Assembly: GCA_051530055.1 (NCBI GenBank) | Contig: CM121341.1 | Location: forward strand, 744,001-808,000 | Direction: 5' to 3' | Origin: Neoechinorhynchus agilis | Taxonomy: Eukaryota > Animalia > Acanthocephala | Length of the DNA stretch: 64,000 nucleotides | Shown here: in pieces, positions 25,860-38,617 of the stretch | How the letters are laid out: every line of letters begins with the position of its first letter | Position numbering within the stretch: position 1 is the first letter of the stretch | Translations under genes and position numbers: made by a program | Notes under the pieces: model-generated | Told to the model about the DNA's origin: nothing | Database searches by the model: none | Seen by the model: the letters and a program-made list of their open reading frames with translations, nothing else

Positions 25860-28270
25860 TTACAGTGTCTAAAATCTCACAAATCATCGACAGAAAATCC
25901 CTTGGGATGATAGAGTTTTAGATGTGGTGATCTTAATTTTGGATGGAAATTATTTTATTGAATAACTAACATCTAAATGACTTGCAAGCGATGACTGATG
26001 AGGCGAGGGTTCGTCGCGAAATATCTCAATTCAATAAAACAAATTATATCCTAGATTGTGATCGCCACATTTCCAATCTCAAAAATCATCGAGAGAAAAT
26101 CCTTCGAGATGACAGAGTTGGAAATGTTGTGATCATTATTCCGGATATAAAAGATTTAATTGAATAAATCACATCTTTAATAACTTCAAACAATGACTGA
26201 TGAGTTTCTCGCGAAATATCGCAATTCGATTAAATATTTTCTCCTCTGAATTGCAATCATCACATCATCAATTTCAAAAATCATCGAGAGAAAATCCTTT
26301 GGGATGATGGAGCTGGAGATGCTGTGATCACAATACAGGAAAAAAACTAATAAAGCTTTTTTAGATGACTGATAAGGTGAGGCTTTCTCGCGAAATATCT
26401 CAATTCAATAAAATGTTTTCTATCGGATAACCGAGAACCCAATGTGATGTATCCAGTTTTCAAAAATTAGGGGAGAATTACATAATTTTAGCATGATTGT
26501 TGAAAATAACCACTTATTTTTCTCTGTACCATTGCACACCTTGGTTTTTCGCTGCAAGGTCTCCAATCATCTTGATGAACAGTAGTTGAATAGAACAACA
26601 TTCTGATTCGAACAATTAACGTTCAACTGTAAAATATTTTCTATCCAAAATTATGATCACCACATCTAAAACTCTATCATCCGAAGGATTTTCTCTTGAT
26701 GATCTTTGAAATTGGAGATGTGGTGATTACAACCCAGGATAGCAAAATATTTAATAGACTAGAGATCTTTCGAAAGAGGAGGCTTCGTCAGTCATCTAAA
26801 AAGCTTTATTTGTTTTTATCCTGTATTGTGATCACAGCATCTCCAACTCCATCATCCCAAAGGATTTTCTTTAGATGATTTTTGAAATTGAGGATGTGAT
26901 GATTGCAATCCAGGGAAAAATTAATCGAATTGAGATATTCACCCTCGCCTCGTCACATCGCTTCAAGTCATTTAGATGTGAGTATTCATAAAATATTTTC
27001 TATCCAAAATTATGATCACCACATCTAAAACTCTATCACCAGGATTTTCTTGATGATTTTGAATTGGAGATGTGGTGATTACAACCCAGGATAGCAAAAT
27101 ATTTAATAGACTAGAGATCTTTCGAAAGAGGAGGCTTCGTCAGTCATCTAAAAAGCTTTATTTGTTTTTATCCTGTATTGTGATCACAGCATCTCCAACT
27201 CCATCATCCCAAAGGATTTTCTTTAGATGATTTTTGAAATTGAGGATGTGATGATTGCAATCCAGGGAAAAAATATTTAATCGAATTGAGATATTTCGCG
27301 ACGAACCCTCGCCTCGTCAGTCATCGCTTGCAAGTCATTTAGATGTGAGTTATTCAATAAAATATTTTCTATCCAAAATTATGATCACCACATCTAAAAC
27401 TCTATCACCCGAAGGATTTTCTCTTGATGATCTTTGAAGTTGGAGATGTGGTGATTACAACCCAGGATAGCAAAATATTTAATAGACTAGAGATCTTTCG
27501 AAAGAGGAGGCTTCGTCAGTCATCTAAAAAGCTTTATTTGTTTTTATCCTGTATTGTGATCACAGCATCTCCAACTCCATCATCCCAAAGGATTTTCTTT
27601 AGATGATTTTTGAAATTGAGGATGTGATGATTGCAATCCAGGGAAAAAATATTTAATCGAATTGAGATATTTCGCGACGAACCCTCGCCTCGTCAGTCAT
27701 CGCTTGCAAGTCATTTAGATGTGAGTTATTCAATAAAATATTTTCTATCCAAAATTATGATCACCACATCTAAAACTCTATCATCCGAAGGATTTTCTCT
27801 TGATGATCTTTGAAATTGGAGATGTGGTGATTACAACCCAGGATAGCAAAATATTTAATAGACTAGAGATCTTTCGAAAGAGGAGGCTTCGTCAGTCATC
27901 TAAAAAGCTTTATTTGTTTTTATCCTGTATTGTGATCACAGCATCTCCAACTCCATCATCCCAAAGGATTTTCTTTAGATGATTTTTGAAATTGAGGATG
28001 TGATGATTGCAATCCAGGGAAAAAATATTTAATCGAATTGAGATATTTCGCGACGAACCCTCGCCTCGTCAGTCATCGCTTGCAAGTCATTTAGATGTGA
28101 GTTATTCAATAAAATATTTTCTATCCAAAATTATGATCACCACATCTAAAACTCTATCATCCCAAGGGATTTTCTGTCGATGATTTTTGAGATTGGAGAT
28201 GTGGTGATTACAATCCAGGATAGAAAAATATTTAATAGACTTGAGATATTGTGCGAGAGCCTCGCCTGTG
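25860..28270. repeat. Foldback-like element: inverted left arm (~25860-26420), ~210-bp spacer, right arm as ~4 tandem 376-bp units, each a dimer of ~188-bp hairpin-bearing monomers
   Basis: Identical shadow ORFs at 27424/27800 and 27255/27631 give a 376-bp period. Each monomer has atcaccacatct...agatgtggtgat-type inverted repeats. 25870-26030 is the reverse complement of ~28040-28200. Confidence 0.85.
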
Positions 28271-28959
28271 TTGCGTTTTTCGTTGAGTTTTTAGTGAAAG
28301 TTTTGTTTCCTTCCAGTAGTGTTAGACGCAGCGATATGTAAGGCTTCCAAAAAAGGCGTCTTTTTAAGTTTTGCCTCAAGAAAAATCAGCGCGGCGATGT
28401 TGAAAAGTCTCTTTTGTGTTGGATGACTGTCCCCGAACTTCGGGAATGGCGATCCCGTGCACTCGAACCTTAAAACACACAAAATTTAACGACTTTTTAA
28501 AGATCGCTAAAATTCTAATTTAATTATCCTGAAGGAAATTCTGTCGATGATTGCCACTATGGATTTTTAACGATCGCCTCAAATAATTGTAATCAATTTC
28601 GACGAAGGTCGATTATGTCAACATCCAAAATGTTTTATGGCATTCGCAATACTATAAAAGACTTCTAAATCCGCTACCCCATAACGCTAAAAAAAGGAGA
28701 AATCAATTCTTAAATTAGTTTTCGGCGAATGTAATAAAACCTCGGAATAACAACTGAAAACTTTCATATCTTTTCAGGAAAACGATCGAGTAATGACACT
28801 AAAGAGCGAAAGAAATTTATCCTCGGAATCTGTAGATAAAGTTTGCCTACATTTAAAATTATATGAAATTATGTTAAGTGAATGATCAGTATTTTTATGA
28901 AATTGGTTGGATTGTGCAGTAGTTTTTTTAAGGTTGATAGTATTTGAATCAGAATCTTT

Positions 28960-29310
28960 TTTTATTTCCGCATAACGTCGTTGCTAACTTCCCAGATCCA
29001 TCTCTTCGCCACTCGGAATCGTCGTAAGGACACTTGCAGCGTTGCCGCGCTTTATCGCGAGATCTATATTTAGTAGGAATTTTGTCGATAGGAGAGAAAT
29101 GAAATTAAGAATTTATTGATTTCTTTCACGATATTTCGATCCAATATCTCGGATCTTCTTCAGCAAGAACGCTCCTGCTCTTGGTTCTCCGGTTGCGATC
29201 CTCATCTTCATTGACAGATCCGCCGTGAAGTTCTTGGCCTCAGCACCGAAGGCTCCGAACGTCTCAACGCCGAAAAGGACGAAGTGGTATGTCCTCAAGA
29301 GCTCGGCAGG
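28960..29310 (-). mobile_element. 3' end of CRE-like (RLE) non-LTR retrotransposon
   Basis: YHFVLFGVETFGAFGAEAK...TGEPRAGAFL...IKRGNAASVL, followed by an A-rich tail. Confidence 0.8.
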
Positions 29311-29639
29311 TTTTTTTAATATAACTGAGTCTTAGTGTTATTATTCGTTTCAAAAGTGCACCAAAATACTTAGTAAATTTTACCGTTTCACAGGAAATAC
29401 TACATCTTCGATTTAATTTGATTAATATTTCATCCTCTACGTGGGACTTATTTAGAATTTGTAAAGTGTTTTATCCGCATTTGAAAGTCATAAAACACTT
29501 TAACAATTCTAAAGTCAGAGGACGAAATATTAAATTAATTCCACCTTGACCAAAACTCGCTCAATATGATCGTTGACACAAATGATCCCTTAATATTTAC
29601 GATTTAAAAAAATATACATTGGATTGATCGCAAACCTTT

Positions 29640-30900
29640 GGTTTTGAATATGTTTCGCGGTTCCCAACTTAACTGTTCGGAACCTGAATGTTGGACCACG
29701 ATATGAAGATAGAAACTTGCATTCCCCTCAAAAAAACGATGCATATGAAGAAAACATGCGACATCTCCACTTTAACACGACCGAGCCCCTGACAAAAACA
29801 GGAGTTCTTAGGATCCATTAACGAATTCCATTGATAATGTTCATCAAATGCCTATCACGACATCACCAATACAAAACGAAATTGTCCAGAAACTTTCTGA
29901 GGCCGCAAAGAGATTCACTTCCCTGTTGACAGACTGCATGGAGACTAACTCAGAGTTGTCGTGGATGCTTGCGTTAAAAAGCGAATAAGTTCTTTTGACG
30001 AAAAGTTTACTCAATGCCTTTCGACAGCATGCGAGCTACGTAAGGAGTATGTCCAGAAGATTAACCCCCACCGAAGCTCAATTCGGTCGCTTGCTGGACG
30101 CGTTTCTTCGAAGCTCGGAGACGGAGATGTCAGAGGAGGCTCCTACAATGGCCAAATCAAAATTCTATTGTTCGTTGAGCATCACTTGTTATGAGGAAAA
30201 TTCATCACTCTACCACTCATCATTCATGTCCAGTCGACCAATTTCCAGGGGAGAGTTGATTCCCAAAGCAATTTAGCTATTTGTCGGTGCATCTTTGTGC
30301 CCTTGCGAAAATGGAAGGTGGGATGCGTCCCATTGCAATTGGAACAACTCTGGGCCGCTCAACAGCAAAAATTTTAAATAAAAGGATCGCGGAAAAAGTA
30401 GGGATGCTGCTTCGCCCTACTCAGTTAGACAGCTGTACACCTTGTGGCGCAGAGGCGATCGTTCATTCACTCCGCACGTTTATCACCGGAAACTCAAAGC
30501 CGTGCGTGATCTTGAAATGTGATTTCAAAAATGTATTCAACAAAGTTCACCGATCAGATTTGCTCGAAGTAGTTAGAGATCACGCACCAGAAGCATTTCG
30601 CTATTTCGTTAATGCTTAATGGGACTTCAAATCCCCTGTTCACGTTTTGTGGTCCGAAAGAGGAGTTCAACAAGACGATCCTTTTGGCCCAATAGCTTTC
30701 TCATTCGCAGTCAATCTCGTCGCGCATCCTCTCCAATCCAACTTTCATTTCGCAATTGCTGCATAGGCTGCGCACAGCACCTTTTTTAGACATAAGGATA
30801 ACCTCGCAAAATTAGCCGAGACGGTGAAAACCTCTCTCGAGAAAATTGTAAATACTCAGCTGTCGGACAAGGTCTTCTTTACACATTTACACCAGGACGG
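29640..30900 (+). mobile_element. Decayed CRE-like reverse transcriptase fragment
   Basis: GGMRPIAIGTTLGR...LRPTQL...CGAEAIVHSLR...LKCDFKNVFNKVHR, then SERGVQQDDPFGP; interrupted by stops and frameshifts. Confidence 0.85.
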
Positions 30901-31246
30901 CAGCTAAGTGATCAATAGCGGTGGCGCGAACGTTTTAAAAGTTAACATTGTACTATAATGTAAAAATTATTGGAAATTAAAAAAGTCAACGAAAATGTGA
31001 CTTTCAAAGCACCAAGTTCTACTGAACTATAGAGCAATAAATTCCTCTTTGATTCAAAAAGGGAATGCTGAATGCATCCTCTATTCCATGGAGGATAAAG
31101 ATGTTCCTCCGTTTCCCCTGGGAATTTTATAAATCTTTGAGCTGTTTTTTAAACCCCAATATTTTTGAAAATTCGCTTAGTCACATTTAAAGCAGAGATT
31201 TATTCTCAAATAAAAGCAAAAGTGCTCACTGCTTTGTATGTCCGAT

Positions 31247-32374
31247 CTATTTTCTGATTCTAATTCTTGGTTTGACTGCAGTCGGTCTTCGGCGAAAAGT
31301 AATGACATTGTAGATTGTTTGCATGAACGGTCGACTACACCAGCAATATAAGGTGAAATTGGTTGATCCATTGGTAACAATGAGCACTTCGCAGGCGCAT
31401 CGAAGTATGTTCAGAGCGAATTGATTGTTTGAATCGACGATGAATTTATCATTTACCGATAGAATATTAAGGACCAGTACTGGGAATTGGCATAAGAAAA
31501 AAGTAGCCATTATAAGAATGATCATGTATGTTAGACGCCGATCAGTCCTCGAAGCGACCATTGACATTCTTCGATTCAGTTTTATAACTTGACGAATGAT
31601 CATCACATTTGAGAAGGTTATCGCAATGAACGGAATTAAATAGAGAACTGGAATGTAAAGGTAACTGTGTAACAGTTTTTGATGTTTGATTCCAAATGGC
31701 GTTAGGATAAGATGATAACGAGCGAGTTTACCAGTATTTCCAGCTCCATTGTTCCATCCAGCGTAATGGTCATGAACGGCGTAACTATATTCGAACCAGG
31801 ACGGCATACAGTAAGCGATTGAAAATACGAATATGACAAAAATTGCGACGAGACTGGTTTTTACTGAACCGTATTTTAAGGACCGAAGACTGTACCTTAA
31901 ACATATACAGCGGTCAATGGAAATCATTGTGGTCAGCAATATGAAGCACAATTGAGTTATGTTGATCAATGGCAAAGATATCCATTGAAGCCGGATACAT
32001 AGAGAGGAATACCAATGGTAATTGTCGTATTGAGCTTTGAACAACTCAGTAAATCTTCCCGCGATCACATATTTTAGTGAGTTCGTCGATAACCATAAAA
32101 CCAAAAAAATAGTGTTGCTCGCGGAGAGGGCAATCATATAAGCATTGATCGATGTGAGCTTATCGACCAGACTAGCTATTATGATTATGACATTGCCGAA
32201 GATACCGGGAAGTCCGATCAAAATGCACGCATAGCTCGTGATCAGTCTGATAAACACTAAAGTCGAACGTCGCTCAAGTTCTGCGTTTATGGATTCATTG
32301 TTTCTCATTGCAATCGAAGCGTAGATGTTCAATTGAGCCGGAAATGTCGAAAAACTACGCACTGGAACTATCAT
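31247..32374 (-). CDS. Class A peptide GPCR, FMRFamide/myosuppressin-receptor-like, single exon
   Basis: Seven hydrophobic segments with GIFGN (TM1), ISIDRC (DRY variant), FFLCQFP (TM6) and NFTLYC (TM7). Likely ATG at 32374 or 32308; the 32428 start in the ORF track is a GTG. Confidence 0.88.
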   Translation of the reverse strand: MIVPVRSFSTFPAQLNIYASIAMRNNESINAELERRSTLVFIRLITSYACILIGLPGIFGNVIIIIASLVDKLTSINAYMIALSASNTIFLVLWLSTNSLKYVIAGRFTELFKAQYDNYHWYSSLCIRLQWISLPLINITQLCFILLTTMISIDRCICLRYSLRSLKYGSVKTSLVAIFVIFVFSIAYCMPSWFEYSYAVHDHYAGWNNGAGNTGKLARYHLILTPFGIKHQKLLHSYLYIPVLYLIPFIAITFSNVMIIRQVIKLNRRMSMVASRTDRRLTYMIILIMATFFLCQFPVLVLNILSVNDKFIVDSNNQFALNILRCACEVLIVTNGSTNFTLYCWCSRPFMQTIYNVITFRRRPTAVKPRIRIRK

Positions 32375-34549
32375 GACTATTTTGTTATTGCATATGCAAA
32401 TAATAAAGCTAAAAGGAATATCACTCACTTGAACAAATTCAATGAATTTCTCTTAAAACATTCCTTGAAGTCATAAATCTCTGAAAAGCATACAGTTAGC
32501 TCGGTAAATGTCCTCTTGATTTGTTGAGCCTTTTGGTACAATGTTCACCTTCGAACATTATTATAAGAATATTTTGTAGTGAAAAGTTGATACTTAAAGC
32601 CAGAATAGAACTTTCAGTGGCTTAAAGTACATTTAATGAGGGAATTGGTGCAAAAGTACATTCTGATTTTTTTAGGGATGATTTCTTAATTTGACTTAAT
32701 CAAAATTCCTCTTCGAGACGCAGAAAGTGCCTTTTCACTTTAACTCATTTAATCTCGCTCTTGGACGAACCGAATTTGAGTTGACATCCGATTAAACACT
32801 AAGGGAATGGAAGTTCGTGGTGTATTTTTTTTAACTACGACCTAATTAGTTCTACTTGGAAGAGTGATTTTCCTTTACATTTGGTAGCTTGCGGAATTGC
32901 AACCTTAAAAAAAGTGGCACAGTACATGACTTTAGCAAAAAAAGAACTGCTTTTAGCTTTAGAAATTATCCTGGTGGCGTGTGAAGGCGCTTATTTGAAT
33001 GCTATGCTGTATAAGCTATGCACTTAAACTCTTTTTTAAGTTGCTTCGTACACACTTTGTGCACCTTGATGTTCTCTTTTGAGATATCTCAGACCACCTT
33101 TAGTGTCAATCAATTTTTAGAGAATGGACTTGCTTTTTGCCAATTACAAGCATCAAATAAGAAACGAAGAAGGGGGTGGGCTATAACTTTTAAATGACGA
33201 AATCTCATCTTTTGTCTTAAAAATGAAAATTTTAAGAGTATCCCATTTTGATTCGGAATTTTTTAAAGATAAATTGTTTTTAATTTTATAATGAAATATA
33301 AAGATGATGTTATATGAGAACCAATGTTACAAATACTTTTCCACTCATGCCCCTTCATTCTAATCGTACCAAACGCCAAATCGGACCAAAATCATGAGTA
33401 TTAACTATTCTCGGCCTAAAGCGTAGAAGAATAAACCCCCCATCGTTCGATAAACTAAGGCGTTCTTCACTAAAACGTAAATGTGACTAAAATGCCCATA
33501 AAAGTCTAGAAACTGTTACGGGATAGAGGATCAGGTTTAGAGACGGATGCAAAGCGTTGTCACTCATAAAATTAGTGACAATGAGTGTTAAGGGGTTTTA
33601 CTTTGTGCATTTATCAGCTTTATGGATTTTAAACATTTACTTTTATGCATGCCGCTGTGATGTTCGGTCAATATGTCATTTTTTTCATTTTCCTTAATGA
33701 CTTTGAAGTTGTCAAGTTGTACAAGAAAGTATGAAACGTCTGAATGGCGAGATTCTTCGATTGAGCACATTACTAATCTAAAAGTGAAGATAAACTGCGA
33801 AAACGCGTTCGGGATTCATACTGTAATGATAACATATAATTGTGTTAGGATTATACATCGTATAATACTATTTTTATTTTGAACTTAATTATGCAGTAAA
33901 GAACACCATTTTGACTGTCATGAGACGCGATGGAATTTCCTGTGAGTTTATAAACTTTTGTTTACTTCATTTTAATCAATGTTTCAAAGAAATATGTGAA
34001 CAAAAACGTTTCATGTGGCGATTTACGAATACAGCCAATCATAGTGCATCGAAACACTAATAAATAGTACAGGTTTTCGCAACTCCAAATGTTAGTTGAT
34101 TTACCAAAACGGAACATGGTTATTTCTAATTTGTTAGATCATGATTAAGAAACGTTTATTGTTCAAATTCTCGTGATAATCGTGGGGTCAGAATTAGAAT
34201 CGAATTCATTAGAAATGGATTTGATCTACTGAAGTCTTAATGTATTCGAAAATAAGTTTTTATATCGATCATAATTTATAATGTAAAATCGAAATTTCAG
34301 TTCCGTTTCACATCATGGAAGGGGAAAAGTCAAAAAATAGTCAATTGCTATCTACGCAATTAAAACAGCCGTTCGGATCTAATGGTTTTAGAATATTAAG
34401 ACGACATTATTGTTGTAGGTAAAAATGAATTTGCACCGGCTGCATTTGAACATTACTTTCAACGATTCATCGTAACGAATAGGTTTCTAAAATGGTGAAA
34501 TTTATCGCTCAGCTATCTGAAAGGAAATTCACACATAAATTTGGCAACA

Positions 34550-34834
34550 TCAACCATTATTCTTTTTCTCTTCGTTTTTCGGTTTCGCCTTAGGGGCAAC
34601 GTTTCTTTTTGGTATCTTGATTTTTCGTGGAGGCGGACCTTTTGGTTCTAGCTTTGGTGGAGGCGGTGGTTCCTCAGCCAACTTATTAGCCTCATCTATT
34701 GCTTCAAACAAACTTTTTCCTTCTTCCTGGCACTTTCCAATATACTCGATTTGGTTTTTTAGCGAGAAATTGACTTGGTAAGGATAGTTCTTTGGTCCGC
34801 CACCGCCAGTTTCTGTTGATCGTCCAAAAGGCAT
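34550..34834 (-). CDS. Small Pro/Lys-rich hypothetical protein (~94 aa)
   Basis: Open frame with protein-like composition (GGGGPKNYPYQVNF...EEPPPPPKLEPKGPPP) in AT-rich DNA. First ATG at 34834. No family recognised. Confidence 0.5.
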   Translation of the reverse strand: MPFGRSTETGGGGPKNYPYQVNFSLKNQIEYIGKCQEEGKSLFEAIDEANKLAEEPPPPPKLEPKGPPPRKIKIPKRNVAPKAKPKNEEKKNNG

Positions 34835-35989
34835 CGGATAAAATGTGGACACATTTGTTGCAATATTTATCTCTCGTTATTTTTATACCTTTACCAAGCT
34901 CTCGTCAATATATTTTTGATGGATGCACCCAAAAAAATTACACATACAAAAATGGTTACGGTTGCAATGGGCTGTAGCTCTTGGACATAAGGAAATTAAC
35001 GTACGACGAGAAAAACTGGTGAATTAACTCGTGCAAAAATCTTTATGCAAACAAATCTTTTTAAAAAAATTCCTAACAAGTTGTAGTCGAACGATTTTAA
35101 GTTAAGAAAAGAATAGTGATTGAGCGAGTATATGGAGATCGCCTGTACGAAACACAATCAATTATTAAAGGACGTATTGCGGCTTCACTTACGGTTAAAT
35201 AAACTTCGATCTTATCAATCGAGTACAAAACAGAAAATCAGTCGAAATATCCGCCTATGTAAAAATTTTTTAAACTATTTAGCTGTTTTTTAAGCCGGAA
35301 ACGAAAAATAAAAAGATAAATGCGTTTTTCCGATAAATATAAATAGTGGGCACATTGATTTGAGAGAGCAGTTTAACTATGGACTGATTATTCTACGGGA
35401 TACTTTCATACGCTGTAATTTCCAAAGGGTTTCTGATTTACGCTGATACATTCAATAAGATAAAGAAACGGTTTCTCAATTCGACAATTTAGGATTACGC
35501 CTAAATCTTGACATCATTATAGCGAAAAAACAAATTTCATTTTGCATAAGTAAAAACGGAATGTTTCAGCCGCAAATAGCTAATAAAGCTGAGAAATTAC
35601 ATGATTTGTTTAACATTTGTTCTCAAATGGCAACCAAAAAAATTTAAAAAATGAACTGTGCTCCTAAATTACACAAAACAGTCCATTTATTAAATAGTAC
35701 GCACAGTAAAGAAGTTTCCAGCATAAATTTCCTAAGATAACGCCTTTAATGATTAAATTCAATCGAATACGGATTTTCCTAGTCGATTAAATAATAAAGA
35801 ATTGTTTAACAATTTAGTTCTTTTACCTTTTTCTTTAACATTGCCACGTAAACATTTCTTCTTCTGAATTAAAAAATGATAATTAAAGAATATTTCTTGG
35901 TTAAAAACGAACCTTTCGGGATTTAATTCTTAATTCTTCGCTTTCATGATCACAAAAAGAACTTTAAATAAGAAGTTGGTTGAGATATT

Positions 35990-37231
35990 TTAACAAACTA
36001 ACCTTGATGTTTCTGTATTTAACAAAGTATTGTTGCCGTCAGATTGATTGTGTGTTTTTGATTTTGTGACAAATTCACTCGACACTTCGCGATTCTTGGC
36101 AGACTCGTTCTTTGGAGTTTGCGACGTGTTATCCTGATCAGTTCGGTTAAGATCCACTCTAGGTTCACGCAATTCAGCCATCGAAATAGCGACACAGGGC
36201 ACCCTGATAATTTTTCCCGAATCGACTAATTTCACGGCCCATTTCTCATAGACGGGAAGCTCAGACTCAGCAGCCATTCGCCTCGAAAGCATGAGTGCCT
36301 CCCTTGTAAGGTGACTAGTCCTGGAACCCCTTTTATCCTCGGTAGATCGCATTAACTCAATTTTTTGGCCTCTATTAGCAAGCACGTCCCCGTCTCGGTT
36401 CCTAATTTCCCGATTTAAACACAGAAACGGGCTATTTCCACTTCTAAGCATCTCTTCAACTTTACTCAAGAAATCAACGCATGCGGTGAATTGGTCGCAT
36501 CCTCGTTGGCATACATCGATGGGCTTATATTGCGCTTCACACGTTCTATGGAGAACATTAGCACCAGTAGCCACTAACAATTCACAGGTTTCAACGTCAT
36601 TGTGGACGGCTGCAAGGTGAAGCGGAGTCCAACCGTCGTGGTCAAAAGCATTCACATCAGCTCCTAAATGCCTCGATAACATAACGATACTTCTTCTACT
36701 CCCTTCATTGACGGCAATATGAAGAGCCGTTTCGCCCCATCCGTTTTGTAAATCCACGTCCTTTGTTTCACGGAGTGCGGACAGTAACGCCTGGCAATCG
36801 TCGTTTTTAACCGCTTCAAACTGATCTAAAGCAGGATCGAATCTCACACGTCGACCGTTTCCACGTATATATTCCTCATCGGTTTGATTGATTAAAGACT
36901 GACATCTCTGAGTGTCTGCCCTTATTCTTGCTTCTTCATTGTTAGCTTGAGCCTCATCACCAATCAATCGAAACCAATTCGAACGAACCCGACTCAAAAG
37001 CCGTCGATATCTAGTGTAAGGCCGTACCAAAGATGTATCATCGGATGCTCCAATCGCTTTCTCGTCTACTTCCACGATTTCCTTTCGTTTCCTATTTGGA
37101 CGCTTCAAAGGAGGTCTTCGTACATAAGGAACATCCCGAATTCTCAGTACATCCGGATCAGTCCAAGGACGACACGAATATAGCAGCGGGAAACTTAAAA
37201 ATCCCACTGCCAAAACAATTGGAAGTTTCAT
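35990..37231 (-). CDS. ASPP-like ankyrin/SH3-like protein with RVxF motif and hydrophobic N-terminus
   Basis: RVRFDP, GETALHIAV, ADVNAFDHDGWTPLHLAA and C..FL match the ASPP C-terminal module, followed by a degenerate SH3-like segment. In-frame ATGs at 37303, 37297 and 37231. Confidence 0.8.
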   Translation of the reverse strand: MKLPIVLAVGFLSFPLLYSCRPWTDPDVLRIRDVPYVRRPPLKRPNRKRKEIVEVDEKAIGASDDTSLVRPYTRYRRLLSRVRSNWFRLIGDEAQANNEEARIRADTQRCQSLINQTDEEYIRGNGRRVRFDPALDQFEAVKNDDCQALLSALRETKDVDLQNGWGETALHIAVNEGSRRSIVMLSRHLGADVNAFDHDGWTPLHLAAVHNDVETCELLVATGANVLHRTCEAQYKPIDVCQRGCDQFTACVDFLSKVEEMLRSGNSPFLCLNREIRNRDGDVLANRGQKIELMRSTEDKRGSRTSHLTREALMLSRRMAAESELPVYEKWAVKLVDSGKIIRVPCVAISMAELREPRVDLNRTDQDNTSQTPKNESAKNREVSSEFVTKSKTHNQSDGNNTLLNTETSRLVC

Positions 37232-38071
37232 TGGTCGATTGAACCATTCGATTGAACAATGACGAAAAATATCACCATGGTATCGGTTATGCGACATTCT
37301 CAAACTACGTGTAAATCAATCAATGCGGATATTGGAAAACATCTAGAAACAACAACAACTTGGAATTTGAAATATCTCATGAAAAGTATAAACTTTCTAA
37401 AGAAGTTGTTCATTCACTCTATTTTTTTGGTGATGAGAACAATATCAATTAATTCAAAAATATTTCGTCCGTCTTTTCTCGGAATTCTTCAGGTTGTTTC
37501 ACAATTTTTTTCAACCGTGAAAGCCCGACAAGAGACGGAAAAAATATTCTTGAATTAATCGTTATTGTTCTCATCAAACAAAAGAAAACAAACTATAAAC
37601 TAAAAAAACATCGCACTTTTAGAATTATACGTAAAAATCGTTCTAAAATGAACATCATTGTGATTTGTTAGTAAAAAAAGGACTAAATGTTTATTGCTTT
37701 AAAGCAAATTGCCCAGGACACGTCATTTTAACATCACCAAGAAGAATCCACACACGCCCACATTTTCGGATTTTTATTCTCCGTAAACAATTGGAACCGA
37801 TGAATTCTTTTAATTTTTCACCGGCATAATTGTTCGTATTGAAATTGAGGTTATTTATTTGCACTTTTAGGTCGTTTTTGATTAAATTAAAAGGTTTTAT
37901 TATACTTCTAAGATGTTTAAATTGTTCTAGACGCCACTCTCTGAAAATGGCGTCGATCCGAACTACAGCTCGTTTTTCTTTGTTGTGAGTGGAAGTTGTC
38001 ATATTACGAACTAGTTCATTGCGAGAACGTCTTCGTTCTGGTGCTTAAGCGTTTCTCTCTTTTGCCAGTTC

Positions 38072-38617
38072 ATGGAGAATCCGGCGGAACTTCAGGATGA
38101 CCAAATAGAAGCAATAAAGACGTGCTTTAGCATGGACGAACAAGACGTCCAGAAATGGGCGGCAGACCTTTCCACTAAATACCCAAAGGGAAAACTATCA
38201 ACAAAACAGCTTAAAGAAGAACTTAATATTCTTAGAAAAGGTCAATTTAACGAAAAGAAGCTGGTCAAGGCCATCTTTGACGCTTTTGATCTGGACGCTT
38301 CTGATACGCTTAGTTTTAATGAACTCATTACGGGTTTAGTCGGAGCATACGGAACCAATATTGACCAAAAATTGAAATACTGCTTTAAAGTCTACGATAG
38401 GAACTTCAGTCAGAAACTATCTCGTAAAGAAGTTCGAAGAATCTTGCGAATTATACTAATCGGACGGGTTCAAACCAAAGAAGAAATCGATCAATACGTC
38501 AATACAGTGTTTGTGAACGTGGATACGAATTCTGATGATAAAATCACTCTTAAAGAATTCATCCATGGATGTAAGAATGACTCATCCATAGCCGATGTCA
38601 TAAATCCTTTTGTCTAA
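38072..38617 (+). CDS. Neuronal calcium sensor (recoverin/NCS)-family EF-hand protein
   Basis: IFDAFDLDASDTLSFNE, KLKYCFKVYD, VDTNSDDKITLKEFIHGCKND; overall NCS layout, 181 aa. Confidence 0.85.
   Translation: MENPAELQDDQIEAIKTCFSMDEQDVQKWAADLSTKYPKGKLSTKQLKEELNILRKGQFNEKKLVKAIFDAFDLDASDTLSFNELITGLVGAYGTNIDQKLKYCFKVYDRNFSQKLSRKEVRRILRIILIGRVQTKEEIDQYVNTVFVNVDTNSDDKITLKEFIHGCKNDSSIADVINPFV

Noticed and set aside
26696-27982. Repeated 60-aa ORFs (MMIFEIGDVV..., MQSREKIF...)
   Set aside because: By-products of the 376-bp repeat with non-ATG or weak starts; no protein-like features.
37691-38002. 103-aa minus-strand ORF between the ASPP-like and NCS genes
   Set aside because: No motif or splice support. 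It cannot be excluded as an orphan gene, but the evidence is too thin.
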